The notes beneath the pieces were generated by a model that saw only the letters and a list, made by a program, of their open reading frames with translations, had not been told where the DNA came from and searched no databases. A program made the position numbers and the translations under genes. From positions 9,087 to 73,086 of the forward strand of contig JBIINH010000001.1 of assembly GCA_044337585.1 (NCBI GenBank): a DNA stretch of 64,000 bases, in the 5' to 3' direction. Source of the DNA: Bacteroidia bacterium (lineage in GTDB: Bacteria > Bacteroidota > Bacteroidia > UKL13-3). This document shows, piece after piece, positions 48,882 through 59,860 of the stretch (position 1 is the first letter of the stretch; each line of letters begins with the position of its first letter).

Positions 48882-49990
48882 TGAAAGAAATAAAATTTTT
48901 AGACCTACAAGCAATTAACAAACGGCACGAAAAACATTTTCATGACGGGTTGCAGCGTGTGATTGAATCAGGTTGGTTTATTCTGGGAAAAGAAGTGGAG
49001 GCATTTGAGAAAGAGTATGCAGCTTATTGCACTTCTTCTTATTGTGCAGGTGTAGCCAACGGACTCGATGCACTCATTCTAATTCTTCGGGCCTACAAAG
49101 AATTAGGGCTTATGAAGGATGGTGACGAAGTTATCGTTCCTGCCAATACTTATATCGCTACCATACTTGCCATATCTGCAAATGGATTAATACCTGTATT
49201 GGTAGAGCCTGATTTAGATACCTATTTATTGGATGCAAATCAAATTTCAAAACACATCAGTTCAAATACAAAGGCCATCATGGTTGTGCACCTTTACGGA
49301 CAATGTGCTGATATGGATGCCATAAATGAATTAGCACAAGCGCATAATTTAAAGGTAATTGAAGATTGTGCGCAATCACATGGTGCTGGATACAAAAATA
49401 AAAAATCTGGTAATTTAGGACATGCAGCAGCCCATAGTTTTTATCCAGGAAAAAATTTAGGCGCACTCGGTGATGGAGGAGCAATTACAACTAATGATGA
49501 ATTATTGTTTTCAACTATTAAAGCTTTGCGTAATTATGGTTCTCATAAAAAATATGAAAATATTTACAAAGGACTTAATAGCAGGTTAGATGAATTGCAG
49601 GCACCTTTTTTAAGGGCCAAACTTATAGATCTTGATGCAGACAATAACTTTCGAAGTCAAATTGCACATCGCTACATTACTGAAATTAAGAACAAGCATA
49701 TTGTTTTGCCAATTGTGCCTTCCTATAGTGAGCCGGTTTGGCATCTTTTTGTAATAAGGGTAAAGAATAGAAATACTTTTCAAGAGTATCTTTCGAATAA
49801 CGGAATTCAAACCGTAATTCACTATCCAATACCCCCACACCAACAGCAAGCCTACAAAGAACTTTCCCATTTAAATTTTCCAATTACTGAGCTTATACAC
49901 CAACAAGTTATCAGTTTGCCTGTAAGTCCTGTAATGCCTGACTCTGAAGTGACTTATGTGATTGACATATTAAATAAATGGGAAGGATGA
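48881..49990 (+). CDS. DegT/DnrJ/EryC1/StrS-family sugar aminotransferase
   Basis: PLP-dependent fold-I sugar aminotransferase motifs and a Lys-containing region. 369 aa. Confidence 0.85.
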   Translation: MKEIKFLDLQAINKRHEKHFHDGLQRVIESGWFILGKEVEAFEKEYAAYCTSSYCAGVANGLDALILILRAYKELGLMKDGDEVIVPANTYIATILAISANGLIPVLVEPDLDTYLLDANQISKHISSNTKAIMVVHLYGQCADMDAINELAQAHNLKVIEDCAQSHGAGYKNKKSGNLGHAAAHSFYPGKNLGALGDGGAITTNDELLFSTIKALRNYGSHKKYENIYKGLNSRLDELQAPFLRAKLIDLDADNNFRSQIAHRYITEIKNKHIVLPIVPSYSEPVWHLFVIRVKNRNTFQEYLSNNGIQTVIHYPIPPHQQQAYKELSHLNFPITELIHQQVISLPVSPVMPDSEVTYVIDILNKWEG

Positions 49991-49993
49991 GTT

Positions 49994-51046
49994 ATGAGTA
50001 AGCAGGAATTAACATTAAAAGACATTATTGGTATAGCAACAGATTGGTTTAATTTTTTGCTATCTAAGTGGAAGACAATTGTGCTGTCAGGATTTATTGG
50101 GTTAGCATTAGGCATTGGTTATTCAATGATAAGTCCTAAGATATATGAAGCAGAACTTACATTTGCATTGGAAGAAAAAGGTGGAGCTATGAATGCATAT
50201 GCAGGACTTGCAAGCCAATTTGGATTAGATATTTCTAAAGGAAGTGAGAGTGGTGCTTTTGTTGGAGAAAACATAATGGAATTGTTTAAGTCTCGATTGA
50301 TTATGGAGGCCGCCTTGCTAGAACCAGCTTTGTTTAACGGTGAAAAAGATTTATTGATTAATAGGTATTTAAAATTTCATAAAATTGATGAGAAACTTGT
50401 GGCAAATGAAGTCACTAAAGACCTAAAGTTTATAGAAGGACAGCCAAGAGAGGAATTTTCAAGGGCACAAGACAGTTTATTACACGCTGTATCTAAAAAG
50501 TTGAAGAAAGAGAACTTATTTGTATTTAAAGTAGATAAGAAACTAAATATTATAAGCATGGTTGTGAAATCAGCTGATGAGCAATTTGCAAAATTGTATT
50601 GCGAAGTTTTAGCAAAAAATGTAAGAGATTTGTATATTGAAACAAAGACCAAAAAAGCAAGAAAAAATGTTGATTTACTAACATTTAAAGCAGATTCTGT
50701 TCAGCAAGTATTGAATGCTGAGATGTATGGAGCAGCGGCCAATATGGATCAAAATATTAATCTAGTACGTACCGAATTGCGTGTGCCTTACGCTAAAAAG
50801 CAAATGAATGTGGAGCTATTAACCGCAGTATATGCAGAGCTGCTAAAGAATCTTGAATTAAGCAAACTCAGTTTGCAACGGGAAGAACCAATTATTCAAT
50901 TAATTGATAGGCCTATCTATCCTCTTTATTATTCCAAGCCCGGAAAAACTAAATCTGGTATTATTGGCGGCATATTATTTGGATTTCTTTCTGTACTCTT
51001 TTTCGTTGTTAAGCGTCAGTATTCAATTATCATGCAGGAGCAATAA
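49994..51046 (+). CDS. Wzz-like polysaccharide chain-length determinant protein (no kinase domain)
   Basis: N-terminal TM helix, large periplasmic coiled region and a C-terminal TM helix (IIGGILFGFLSVLFFVV). Confidence 0.65.
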   Translation: MSKQELTLKDIIGIATDWFNFLLSKWKTIVLSGFIGLALGIGYSMISPKIYEAELTFALEEKGGAMNAYAGLASQFGLDISKGSESGAFVGENIMELFKSRLIMEAALLEPALFNGEKDLLINRYLKFHKIDEKLVANEVTKDLKFIEGQPREEFSRAQDSLLHAVSKKLKKENLFVFKVDKKLNIISMVVKSADEQFAKLYCEVLAKNVRDLYIETKTKKARKNVDLLTFKADSVQQVLNAEMYGAAANMDQNINLVRTELRVPYAKKQMNVELLTAVYAELLKNLELSKLSLQREEPIIQLIDRPIYPLYYSKPGKTKSGIIGGILFGFLSVLFFVVKRQYSIIMQEQ

Positions 51047-52183
51047 ATGAGTACTAGTCAAAAAAAAATACAGATGGTAGACTTGAAAGGGCAGTACCTG
51101 AAAATAAAGTCTGAGGTTGATAGCGCAATTCAGGATTGTCTTTCAAACGCAACATTTATCAATGGTCCTGAAGTTGCTAATTTTGCAAATGGTTTAGCAA
51201 AATATCTCAATGCGGCTTATGTTATTCCTGTAGCTAATGGTACAGATGCACTACAAATAGCCATGATGGCTTTGGGCTTGAAGCCAGGCGATGAAGTTAT
51301 TGTCCCAGCATTTACATATGTAGCCACTGCCGAGGTTATTGCTTTATTGGGATTAACACCTGTTTGGGTTGATGTTGATTCAGATACATTTACAATTGAT
51401 GCAAACAAAGTTGAGTCAATCATTACTCCTAAAACTAAAGCAATTGTTCCGGTGCACTTGTATGGACAAACGGCATCAATGGAACAATTGATGGCAATTG
51501 CTAGAAAGCATCATTTGTTTGTGATTGAAGACAATGCGCAAGCATTAGGAGCTGATTATCATTTTTCTGATAGTACTGTGGTTAAAGCTGGTGTAATTGG
51601 TGATATTGGATGCACTTCATTTTTTCCATCTAAAAATTTAGGATGTTATGGTGATGGAGGTGCATTGTATACTAATAATAAACAACTTGCCGAATCCATA
51701 AAAATGATTGCAAATCATGGTCAGAAAGTAAAATATTATCATGATGTAATTGGTGTAAACTCAAGACTAGATTCTTTGCAAGCAGCAATACTAAATGTAA
51801 AGTTGACATATTTAGATGAATATACCTCGGCACGTCAGCTTGCTGCATCACGTTATGATAAATTACTTTCAGGTATAAATCAAATTAATACGCCTGTAAG
51901 AAATAAACACTCCTCACATGTGTTTCATCAATATACCATAAAAGTGAAAGATGACCGAGATGGTTTGAAGTCATACTTAGAGTCGCATGGTGTGCCTACT
52001 ATGATTTACTATCCTGTTCCGATGCATCAGCAAAAAGCATATGTAAATGATGGCTATCCTTTAGGTTCATTTCCTGTTTCCGAACTACTAAGTAAAGAAG
52101 TAATATCATTGCCTATGCATACAGAATTAGATGAGGCAACACAAGTATTTATAGCAGATAAAATTAAAGCCTTTTTTACATAA
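51047..52183 (+). CDS. DegT-family sugar aminotransferase (WbpE-like)
   Basis: Second fold-I aminotransferase, a paralog of 48881..49990. Confidence 0.85.
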   Translation: MSTSQKKIQMVDLKGQYLKIKSEVDSAIQDCLSNATFINGPEVANFANGLAKYLNAAYVIPVANGTDALQIAMMALGLKPGDEVIVPAFTYVATAEVIALLGLTPVWVDVDSDTFTIDANKVESIITPKTKAIVPVHLYGQTASMEQLMAIARKHHLFVIEDNAQALGADYHFSDSTVVKAGVIGDIGCTSFFPSKNLGCYGDGGALYTNNKQLAESIKMIANHGQKVKYYHDVIGVNSRLDSLQAAILNVKLTYLDEYTSARQLAASRYDKLLSGINQINTPVRNKHSSHVFHQYTIKVKDDRDGLKSYLESHGVPTMIYYPVPMHQQKAYVNDGYPLGSFPVSELLSKEVISLPMHTELDEATQVFIADKIKAFFT

Positions 52184-53205
52184 TGTCAGATAATCAAAAG
52201 ATAAAATTTGCAGTAGTAGGATGTGGGCATATCGGTAAACGACATGCTGAAATGATTCAAAGAAATGAACAGGCAGAGTTGGTTGCCCTTATTGATACAA
52301 AGGAGAAATCAGACTTAGGCATTGACAATTATACCATTCCTTATTTTCAATCACTTGAATCATTTATAGTATCAGATATTGCATGTGATGTAATAAATAT
52401 TGCTACCCCAAATGGATTTCATGCATTGCAGGCTATGCAAGCACTTCAAGCAAAAAAACATGTAGTTATTGAAAAGCCTATGGCCTTATCAAAAAACGAT
52501 GCTGAGAAAGTAGTATTTAAAGCACTTGAGGAGCATAAGCATGTATTTGCAGTGATGCAAAACAGATATTCTCCTCCATCTGTATGGATAAAAGAAATAG
52601 TCACATCCGGTTTGCTTGGAAAAGTTTTTATGGTGCAGCTAAATTGTTATTGGAATAGAGATGACAGGTACTATAAATCGGGAAGTTGGCATGGTAATAA
52701 AGCACTTGATGGGGGCACGTTGTTTACTCAGTTTTCACATTTTATTGATATCATGTACTGGCTATTTGGTGATATAGAAAATATCCAAACCAGACTAAGA
52801 GATTTCAATCATACTACACTAACTGAATTTGAAGACAGTGGATTTGTTAGTTTTGATTTTATTAACGGTGGAATAGGTTGTATTAATTATTCTACATCTG
52901 TATGGAATACAAACCTAGAAAGCAGCATGACAATTGTTGCCGAAAATGGAAGTGTGAAAATCGGAGGACAATATATGAACGAAGTAGAATATTGTCATAT
53001 TAAAAATTATCACTTGCCTGAGTTAGCACCAACAAACCCTGGTAATGATTATGGAGCTTATAAAGGGTCTGCACAAAATCACCACTATGTTATTCAAAAT
53101 GTAGTTGATGTATTGAACGGCAAAGCTCCTATCACAACCAATGCGTTAGAAGGACTGAAAGTAGTAGATATGATAGAGAGAATTTATGCAAATGCTTCAA
53201 AATAA
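52183..53205 (+). CDS. Gfo/Idh/MocA-family oxidoreductase (WbpB-like UDP-sugar 3-dehydrogenase)
   Basis: N-terminal Rossmann KFAVVGCGHIGKRH. 340 aa. Confidence 0.85.
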   Translation: MSDNQKIKFAVVGCGHIGKRHAEMIQRNEQAELVALIDTKEKSDLGIDNYTIPYFQSLESFIVSDIACDVINIATPNGFHALQAMQALQAKKHVVIEKPMALSKNDAEKVVFKALEEHKHVFAVMQNRYSPPSVWIKEIVTSGLLGKVFMVQLNCYWNRDDRYYKSGSWHGNKALDGGTLFTQFSHFIDIMYWLFGDIENIQTRLRDFNHTTLTEFEDSGFVSFDFINGGIGCINYSTSVWNTNLESSMTIVAENGSVKIGGQYMNEVEYCHIKNYHLPELAPTNPGNDYGAYKGSAQNHHYVIQNVVDVLNGKAPITTNALEGLKVVDMIERIYANASK

Positions 53206-54200
53206 TGAGTCCATTTGATAAAAATATAAAAGGTAAGTCCTTCTTAGTTACTGGTGGAGCAGGTTTTATTGGCTCCAATTTGGTTGAACATTTATTATAT
53301 AATGAAGCTGGCAGGGTTGTGGTATTAGATAATTTAAGCAATGGTTTCTATAAAAATATTGAACCTTTTTTTTCAAACTTATCATTTCATTTTATAGAAG
53401 GTGATATCAGAAATTTGGAAGATTGTAAGCGTGCATGCGAAGGTGTTGATTATATAAGTCATCAAGCTGCTTTAGGTTCTGTACCACGAAGTCTTGCCGA
53501 TCCTATTACCACGAACGAAGTGAATGTGAGCGGATTTCTAAATATGCTAGTGGCGGCCAGTGAAGCCAAGGTGAAACGGTTTGTTTATGCAGCTTCATCT
53601 TCTACATATGGTGATAGTCAATTTTTACCCAAAGTAGAAGATGTAATAGGGAAGCCATTGTCGCCATATGCAGTAACAAAATATGTAAATGAGTTGTATG
53701 CGCATGTGTTTGCTTTAAATTACAATTTACCCGTTATAGGACTTAGATATTTTAATGTATTTGGTCCAAAACAAGATCCAAATGGTGCTTATGCTGCTGT
53801 AATCCCGTTATTTATTCAAGCGATTATTGAAGGGAAGAATCCTGTTATTAATGGAGATGGTATGCAAACCCGTGATTTTACTTATATTGATAATGCTATA
53901 CAAGCAAATATTCATGCTTTACTTATCGATAATTCAGCGGCACTCAATCAAGTATTTAATATTGCCGTTGCACAAACCACTTCAATTAACCAAATGATTG
54001 AAATGCTTGCACAAATTAGTGGTAAGGATTTGAAGCCTCAATACAGAGAAGCCAGAGTTGGTGATGTTAGAAACAGTTTAGCTGATATCAGTAAGGCTGC
54101 TTCAATGCTATCGTATCAACCTTTTGTAAAATTTTCTGACGGACTTCGTAAAACTTATGAATGGTTTGAATCGAATCAAGCATTTATAGGGAAAATATAA
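53205..54200 (+). CDS. NAD-dependent UDP-sugar 4-epimerase (WbpP/TviC-like SDR)
   Basis: GGAGFIGS Rossmann, YxxxK catalytic motif (YAVTKYVNE), extended SDR. Confidence 0.85.
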   Translation: MSPFDKNIKGKSFLVTGGAGFIGSNLVEHLLYNEAGRVVVLDNLSNGFYKNIEPFFSNLSFHFIEGDIRNLEDCKRACEGVDYISHQAALGSVPRSLADPITTNEVNVSGFLNMLVAASEAKVKRFVYAASSSTYGDSQFLPKVEDVIGKPLSPYAVTKYVNELYAHVFALNYNLPVIGLRYFNVFGPKQDPNGAYAAVIPLFIQAIIEGKNPVINGDGMQTRDFTYIDNAIQANIHALLIDNSAALNQVFNIAVAQTTSINQMIEMLAQISGKDLKPQYREARVGDVRNSLADISKAASMLSYQPFVKFSDGLRKTYEWFESNQAFIGKI

Positions 54201-54209
54201 TTGAGCTAC

Positions 54210-55496
54210 ATGAGAGCCAAATTAAATAGTATATTAACCTCTCAATTCTTTTCGGTATCCGTTTTTACATCTTTATCAACTGCAATAAAATTAATCACTT
54301 CATTTCTTTCCGCAAAAATTATAGCAATTTATATAGGACCAGAAGGGCTTGGTATGTTGGGGCAGCTGAGTAGTTTTATTGCTATTGCTTTATCTGGATC
54401 AACGGGTGCTATTAATAATGGGGTTATTAAATATTTATCAGAATACCAAGATGACGAAGTAAAGCAACACAGAATTTTAAATGCATCACTTAAAATAACC
54501 TTGATGGGTTCTATAATTACTGGAAGTATTTCCATAATTTTTTCCAGCTTTTGGTCAACATTATTGTTTAATGAATTAGCTTATTCCTATATCTTTATCG
54601 TTTTAGGAGCAACCCTATTTTGCCATGCTATATTTATGTTATTCTCGTCAGTGCTAAATGGCTTGAGGGAATACCGAAAATATAATCAATTAGCTATTGT
54701 GGCAAGTATGTTGGGCTTAATTACCACATACTTGTTTATACGCTATTATGGAATTAGAGGTGGCATGATTTCTCTTGTATTATATCAAGCTTTTGTATTT
54801 GTAGCTGTTTTAATATTTTATAAAAGTTTAAGAAGAATTCAGTGGCGAAATATTTGGAAACAAAAAGCCCTCCAATCTGATTACAAATCACTGATGGCAT
54901 TTTCAATTATGGCATTGGTAACAACAGCAATAACTCCTGCAACACAAATTTTTATAAGGAAATACATGGGTATTCATACCAGTGCTATTGAAGTAGGTTT
55001 TTATGAAGGCGTACTTCGAATTTCACAATTGTACTTACTAATCATAACCACAACACTTTCTGTATATTATTTGCCAAAACTTTCAGGAATTAAAAACGCA
55101 GCATTACTTAGATCTGAATTAGGAAAGGGGTATAGTTACATTCTTCCTGCTACAGCCCTAATTCTTGTTGTTGTTTTTCTACTACGGTACTTTGTAATAA
55201 ACATTGTGTTTGCCCCTAGTTTTGAGCCAATGGCGGATTATTTTATACCACAATTGATAGGAGATTTTTTTAAAATTGGCAGTTGGTTATTGGCTTTCTT
55301 AATGATTGCAAAAGCAAAAACAAAACTTTACATCACAACGGAACTTCTTTTTGGTGGATTTTTAATACTGCTTTCCGTACTAGGCATTCAATATTTTGGA
55401 GCAATAGGAGCCATCTATGCTTATGCCTTAAATTATATGCTGTATTTTGTTTTGATGATTTTTGTATTCAGTAAAATAATTTGGCTGAAACGATGA
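54210..55496 (+). CDS. Wzx-type oligosaccharide flippase (MOP superfamily)
   Basis: About 12-TM polysaccharide biosynthesis protein. Start moved to the first ATG (54210, MRAKLNS...) because the track start is TTG. Confidence 0.75.
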   Translation: MRAKLNSILTSQFFSVSVFTSLSTAIKLITSFLSAKIIAIYIGPEGLGMLGQLSSFIAIALSGSTGAINNGVIKYLSEYQDDEVKQHRILNASLKITLMGSIITGSISIIFSSFWSTLLFNELAYSYIFIVLGATLFCHAIFMLFSSVLNGLREYRKYNQLAIVASMLGLITTYLFIRYYGIRGGMISLVLYQAFVFVAVLIFYKSLRRIQWRNIWKQKALQSDYKSLMAFSIMALVTTAITPATQIFIRKYMGIHTSAIEVGFYEGVLRISQLYLLIITTTLSVYYLPKLSGIKNAALLRSELGKGYSYILPATALILVVVFLLRYFVINIVFAPSFEPMADYFIPQLIGDFFKIGSWLLAFLMIAKAKTKLYITTELLFGGFLILLSVLGIQYFGAIGAIYAYALNYMLYFVLMIFVFSKIIWLKR

Positions 55497-56608
55497 AGAA
55501 ACAAAACATACTATTGGTTGGGGAATTCAGCAATGTGCATTGGACACTGGCCGAAGGTTTAAGAAGCCTTGGTCATCAAGTTGATGTAGCTTCAAAAGGT
55601 GATGGATGGAAAGGGTATAAACGTGATATTGACTTATCATTTAAAAATAAGTTAGATGTAATGCGATTTTTCCTTGAATTATTTTTTACCAAAAAGTTTA
55701 GTGGCTATGATGTTGTACAATTAATCAATTTCAGGTTTTTGTATCCAGAGGAAAGAGATTTGTACAATAAAATTATATTTAATGTCTTAAGGAAAAGAAA
55801 TAAATCTGTGTTCCTTGCTGCTTACGGGGATGATTACTATTGGTCTTCTGCTTGCAGGAGTGGCGCATTTCCATATTCGCCTTACGATGCATTGGATAAA
55901 GGATATGCACCAAATGTGTATTATGACCAAATGATGCAATTGAATAATTTTGCCTCACGTGAGTTGAATGAAATGATGGCACAAAAATCAAATGGAATTA
56001 TTGCAGGACTTTATGATTATTATTACAGTTATGCCATTTCATCATTTAAGAACAAATTGGAGTTTATTCCCTTTCCGATAAATACGAAAGAGATTAGCTA
56101 CAAAAAAAATACATTGAATCAAGGCGAAAAGATGCGCATATTTATGGGGATTCAAACCCAACGTTCTGTATGGAAAGGAACTGACGTGTTGTTGCAGGTA
56201 TTAACCGAATATGTAGCAAAATACAGCGATGAAATGGAATTGATAATTGCTGAAAGTGTACCTTTTGACACCTACATCAAAATGTATGAAGATGCGCATG
56301 TTTTTGTAGATCAGTTATATTCCCAAGGGTTTGCCATGAATGCGCTTTATGCGATGGCAAAGGGTAAAGTAGTACTGAGTGGAGGCGAAAATAAAATGTA
56401 TGCGCTTTATGGAGATTCAGAAATCGAAAAACCTGTGATTAATATTGTGCCTGAAAAAGAAAAGATTATTGGGGTATTGGATCAGATAAGGCAAAACAAA
56501 AACCGATTGGAAGAGATGGGATTAGCATCACGAAAGTTTGTTGAACAATATCATGATTATAAAGTAGTAGCCAGACAGTACGTGCAAGTATGGGAGAGTG
56601 CCATATGA
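55493..56608 (+). CDS. glycosyltransferase-like protein (GT4-like fold, divergent)
   Basis: Start at ATG 55493 in an ATGA overlap with the wzx stop. GT-B-like C-terminal region. Weak family assignment. Confidence 0.5.
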   Translation: MKKQNILLVGEFSNVHWTLAEGLRSLGHQVDVASKGDGWKGYKRDIDLSFKNKLDVMRFFLELFFTKKFSGYDVVQLINFRFLYPEERDLYNKIIFNVLRKRNKSVFLAAYGDDYYWSSACRSGAFPYSPYDALDKGYAPNVYYDQMMQLNNFASRELNEMMAQKSNGIIAGLYDYYYSYAISSFKNKLEFIPFPINTKEISYKKNTLNQGEKMRIFMGIQTQRSVWKGTDVLLQVLTEYVAKYSDEMELIIAESVPFDTYIKMYEDAHVFVDQLYSQGFAMNALYAMAKGKVVLSGGENKMYALYGDSEIEKPVINIVPEKEKIIGVLDQIRQNKNRLEEMGLASRKFVEQYHDYKVVARQYVQVWESAI

Positions 56609-57690
56609 TTTATTATGTAATCATATGGGTATTGGCCACACTAGCCGCATTGGAATTATATCCTACTAAGCGTAGTTTGATGGTAGGCTTAGCTGCATTG
56701 GCGGCAATATTTCTAATTTTATTTGCTGCCTTGCGCAAACATACCGGACCCGATTATGGTTCGTATTTACTGATTTGGAACGATGCTCACCCATCCGACC
56801 CGTATGATAGAGCTACCGAACCGCTGTATTTTTATGTACAGTATGTATTAAAATTTGTTTTTGGATTTGAATATCAATCTATCATTGCCCTATTTGCAAT
56901 CGTAAGTGTTTCACTAAAGTTTAGGGCTATTCAAAAATGGTCACCTTTTGTATTTGTGTCCTTATTGGTTTATTTTAATATCAGTTATTTAAATCAAGAT
57001 TTTGGACAAATCAGACAAGGCTTAGCTACCAGCATAACCATTTTAGCTATTCAATATGTAATTGATCGTAGGTTCTTTCCATTTTTAGGGTGGGTATTAT
57101 TAGCTGCATCTGTACACTATACGGCTATTGTATTTTTGTTGTTATATCCATTAGCCAACATGCGCCTTAGCTTGCGCAGCATGGTGCTAATTTGGATAAT
57201 TGCTTTTGGCATTAGTTATTTTTTTACGGCTTTTGAAAGCATTTTGGCTTACGTTGGAGCGGTATTATTTCCTGAATTAAACAGTAAAATATTTATTTAC
57301 CTCACAGATGAGGTGTATAGCAAACGATTAGGATTTACACCGGGAATGAGTTTGCGTTTTATCAATCTAGCAATAATGTATTTAGCAGTTTACCGTGTGC
57401 AAGAACCATCCACACCACATTTATCTAGGGTACTTATCAATGCATATTTTATAGGTGGGTGTATATTTTTCTTATTCAATATCATGGCCATTTTTGCAGC
57501 ACGTATCTCAGTATATTTTACCGTAATAGATTTTATAGCCTTGCCTTTAGGATTAATGGCCATAACAAGTCGCCAGTTGCGCTATGCTGTTGCCGGGTAT
57601 ATATTGTTGTATGTAATTTACAATGTTTATTTGCTGATAAATGTAACCGAAGGAACTATGTTAGTGCCCTACAAAACTGTATTTGAATGA
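56605..57690 (+). CDS. EpsG/Wzy-like O-antigen polymerase
   Basis: About 10-TM protein with an EpsG-family pattern. Start at ATG 56605 (ATGA overlap). Confidence 0.6.
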   Translation: MIYYVIIWVLATLAALELYPTKRSLMVGLAALAAIFLILFAALRKHTGPDYGSYLLIWNDAHPSDPYDRATEPLYFYVQYVLKFVFGFEYQSIIALFAIVSVSLKFRAIQKWSPFVFVSLLVYFNISYLNQDFGQIRQGLATSITILAIQYVIDRRFFPFLGWVLLAASVHYTAIVFLLLYPLANMRLSLRSMVLIWIIAFGISYFFTAFESILAYVGAVLFPELNSKIFIYLTDEVYSKRLGFTPGMSLRFINLAIMYLAVYRVQEPSTPHLSRVLINAYFIGGCIFFLFNIMAIFAARISVYFTVIDFIALPLGLMAITSRQLRYAVAGYILLYVIYNVYLLINVTEGTMLVPYKTVFE

Positions 57691-58844
57691 GAAAACCAAA
57701 GGTATTAATACTTATAGATGCCATGAATGGCGGAGGGGCAGAGCGAGTTTTATCTTTTGTGTTGCGCGAAATTGACCAAACCCGTTTTGAGGTTACATTG
57801 TACCTTGTTGTAAAAGAAGGTATGTACCTCAACCAAATACCAGATACCATACCTGTACTGTATTTATTTGCAGGCGACTCTGCACTTAAGCATCCAATAA
57901 TACGCGTATTAAATAAAGCCTATCGTGCAGTGGCATACCGTTTAGCATTTCGCTACACATTTTTACTACCTTGGCTGTGCCGCATTAAGCCACATACCTA
58001 TGATTTGGCTGTTTCTTTTTGTGAAGGTTACAATACCCTTTTATTGGGTGCTATACGAAACAGATTTGCCAAAATTATTCAATGGCTTCAGGTAGATGTA
58101 AGGCAACACGAAGCTACCTTCAATCCTAAGGCATTTGCAAGGGCTATTTTAAAAATGGATGCATGGGTTGGCGTATCAACCGAAACACTTGTTGGATGCA
58201 ATGAGCGATATGGAGCTTTGGCTACTCACATACCCAAGCATGTAGTGTATAACCCCGTAGATGTAAACCGAATAGTGACTTTAGCTGAACATGCACATAT
58301 GCCGTATCAAGTTTTTACGTGCGTGGCAATAGGCAGACTACAACACCAAAAACGATTTGATCGTCTCATAGAGGCACATGCCTTACTTATAGCAAAAGGG
58401 TTTAATTTGCATACTATTATCTTAGGAAAGGGAGAGCTCTTGAAACAACTACAGGTATTATGTAAAAAATTAGGTATAACCGATTCGGTACGTTTTGAAG
58501 GTTTTCAACCCAACGTTTATCCTTGGATAAAACATGCGGATATGTTTGTGTTGAGTAGTGATTATGAGGGATTTCCAGGAGTGGTTTGTGAGGCTATGGT
58601 TTTGTGTAAGCCCATAGTGGCTACACGCATTACCGGTACGCTAGAGTTATTAGAAAATGGTAAATGGGGTTTATTGGCTGATGCCACCACTGAATCATTG
58701 GCTATGGCTATGGAACAAATGATAAGGGATGCTACTCTTCGCAACCAGTTCACAGATAAGTTAACCCAAAATCAAGGAAATTTTCTGTTTAAAAATCACA
58801 TTGATGACGTAGTTCACGTAATAGAACGGTATTTGCCTGCATGA
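57687..58844 (+). CDS. glycosyltransferase family 4
   Basis: GT-B fold with a C-terminal EX7E-like region (SDYEGFPGVVCEAM). Confidence 0.75.
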   Translation: MRKPKVLILIDAMNGGGAERVLSFVLREIDQTRFEVTLYLVVKEGMYLNQIPDTIPVLYLFAGDSALKHPIIRVLNKAYRAVAYRLAFRYTFLLPWLCRIKPHTYDLAVSFCEGYNTLLLGAIRNRFAKIIQWLQVDVRQHEATFNPKAFARAILKMDAWVGVSTETLVGCNERYGALATHIPKHVVYNPVDVNRIVTLAEHAHMPYQVFTCVAIGRLQHQKRFDRLIEAHALLIAKGFNLHTIILGKGELLKQLQVLCKKLGITDSVRFEGFQPNVYPWIKHADMFVLSSDYEGFPGVVCEAMVLCKPIVATRITGTLELLENGKWGLLADATTESLAMAMEQMIRDATLRNQFTDKLTQNQGNFLFKNHIDDVVHVIERYLPA

Positions 58845-59860
58845 AACTCAGTATCATTATTCCAGTATATCAAGTACAACAGTTCATTTATACCTGTTTA
58901 GCATCGCTGCACTGTGCAAACCGTACAGATACCGAAATTATAGTGGTAGATGATGGATCAACCGACCAGTCGTATGCAGAAATTTTGCGCTACACCGAGC
59001 AATTTACGCCCAAACAGTTTACGTATATTAAGCAAGCCAATGCCGGATTAAGTGAAGCCAGAAACACCGGTTTGCAAGCGGCTAAAGGGGAATACGTTTT
59101 TTTTATTGATGGCGATGACTGGTTAACTTCTGATGCTATGGAAACCATACACGCCAACTTGCACACAGCAGAAATAGATATGTGGATTTTTGATGTTTGG
59201 AAAAGCTACACCGATTTTCAAATACCCATGAAAGGTTCGCATATGCAACCACACCAAACGTACAGTGCTGCCGATGCCTTGGTTTATACATTTACTGGAA
59301 AAATGATGGTATCTGCATGGTCTAAAATTTTTAAACGAAGTGTGCTTATGCAACCTGTGTTTGCCTTTCCCAAGGGCATGTGGTATGAAGATTTGCAGTT
59401 GATAAAATTATATCTGGATCACCCGAATCTGAAAATAAAGTATTTGCCAAAAGCGCTTTATCACTATCGCCAACGCGAAGGTTCTATAACCCAAACATTT
59501 TCAGATAAAATATTTAATAAATACATAGCATTCGAAAATATAGCTCAGTGGTTGGTTCAATATGATAGAGCTAACGCATACAATACAATTTTTCAAAATT
59601 TTTATTTACGAGCGATGGTGTTAGAAATGGTAAATTCACTTTCGACAGCGAAGTTGAGTGAAGAGTATAGGAAATCTACAATAAATAAAATTATTGCACT
59701 TCCTATTTCAGTTGAAATGAGGCAAGGATATTTTATTAATAATACACTTACATTTATGCAACGTCTTAGCTTGTTTGTTATTTTTAGTACCCCAAAGGTT
59801 TATACTTTCTTATTTTCTTTGAGATATAAGATTCGCCCTTACATCAACCAATTTAAATGA
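58841..59860 (+). CDS. glycosyltransferase family 2
   Basis: N-terminus SIIIPVYQ...VVDDGSTD and a DGDD motif (FIDGDDW). Confidence 0.8.
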   Translation: MKLSIIIPVYQVQQFIYTCLASLHCANRTDTEIIVVDDGSTDQSYAEILRYTEQFTPKQFTYIKQANAGLSEARNTGLQAAKGEYVFFIDGDDWLTSDAMETIHANLHTAEIDMWIFDVWKSYTDFQIPMKGSHMQPHQTYSAADALVYTFTGKMMVSAWSKIFKRSVLMQPVFAFPKGMWYEDLQLIKLYLDHPNLKIKYLPKALYHYRQREGSITQTFSDKIFNKYIAFENIAQWLVQYDRANAYNTIFQNFYLRAMVLEMVNSLSTAKLSEEYRKSTINKIIALPISVEMRQGYFINNTLTFMQRLSLFVIFSTPKVYTFLFSLRYKIRPYINQFK

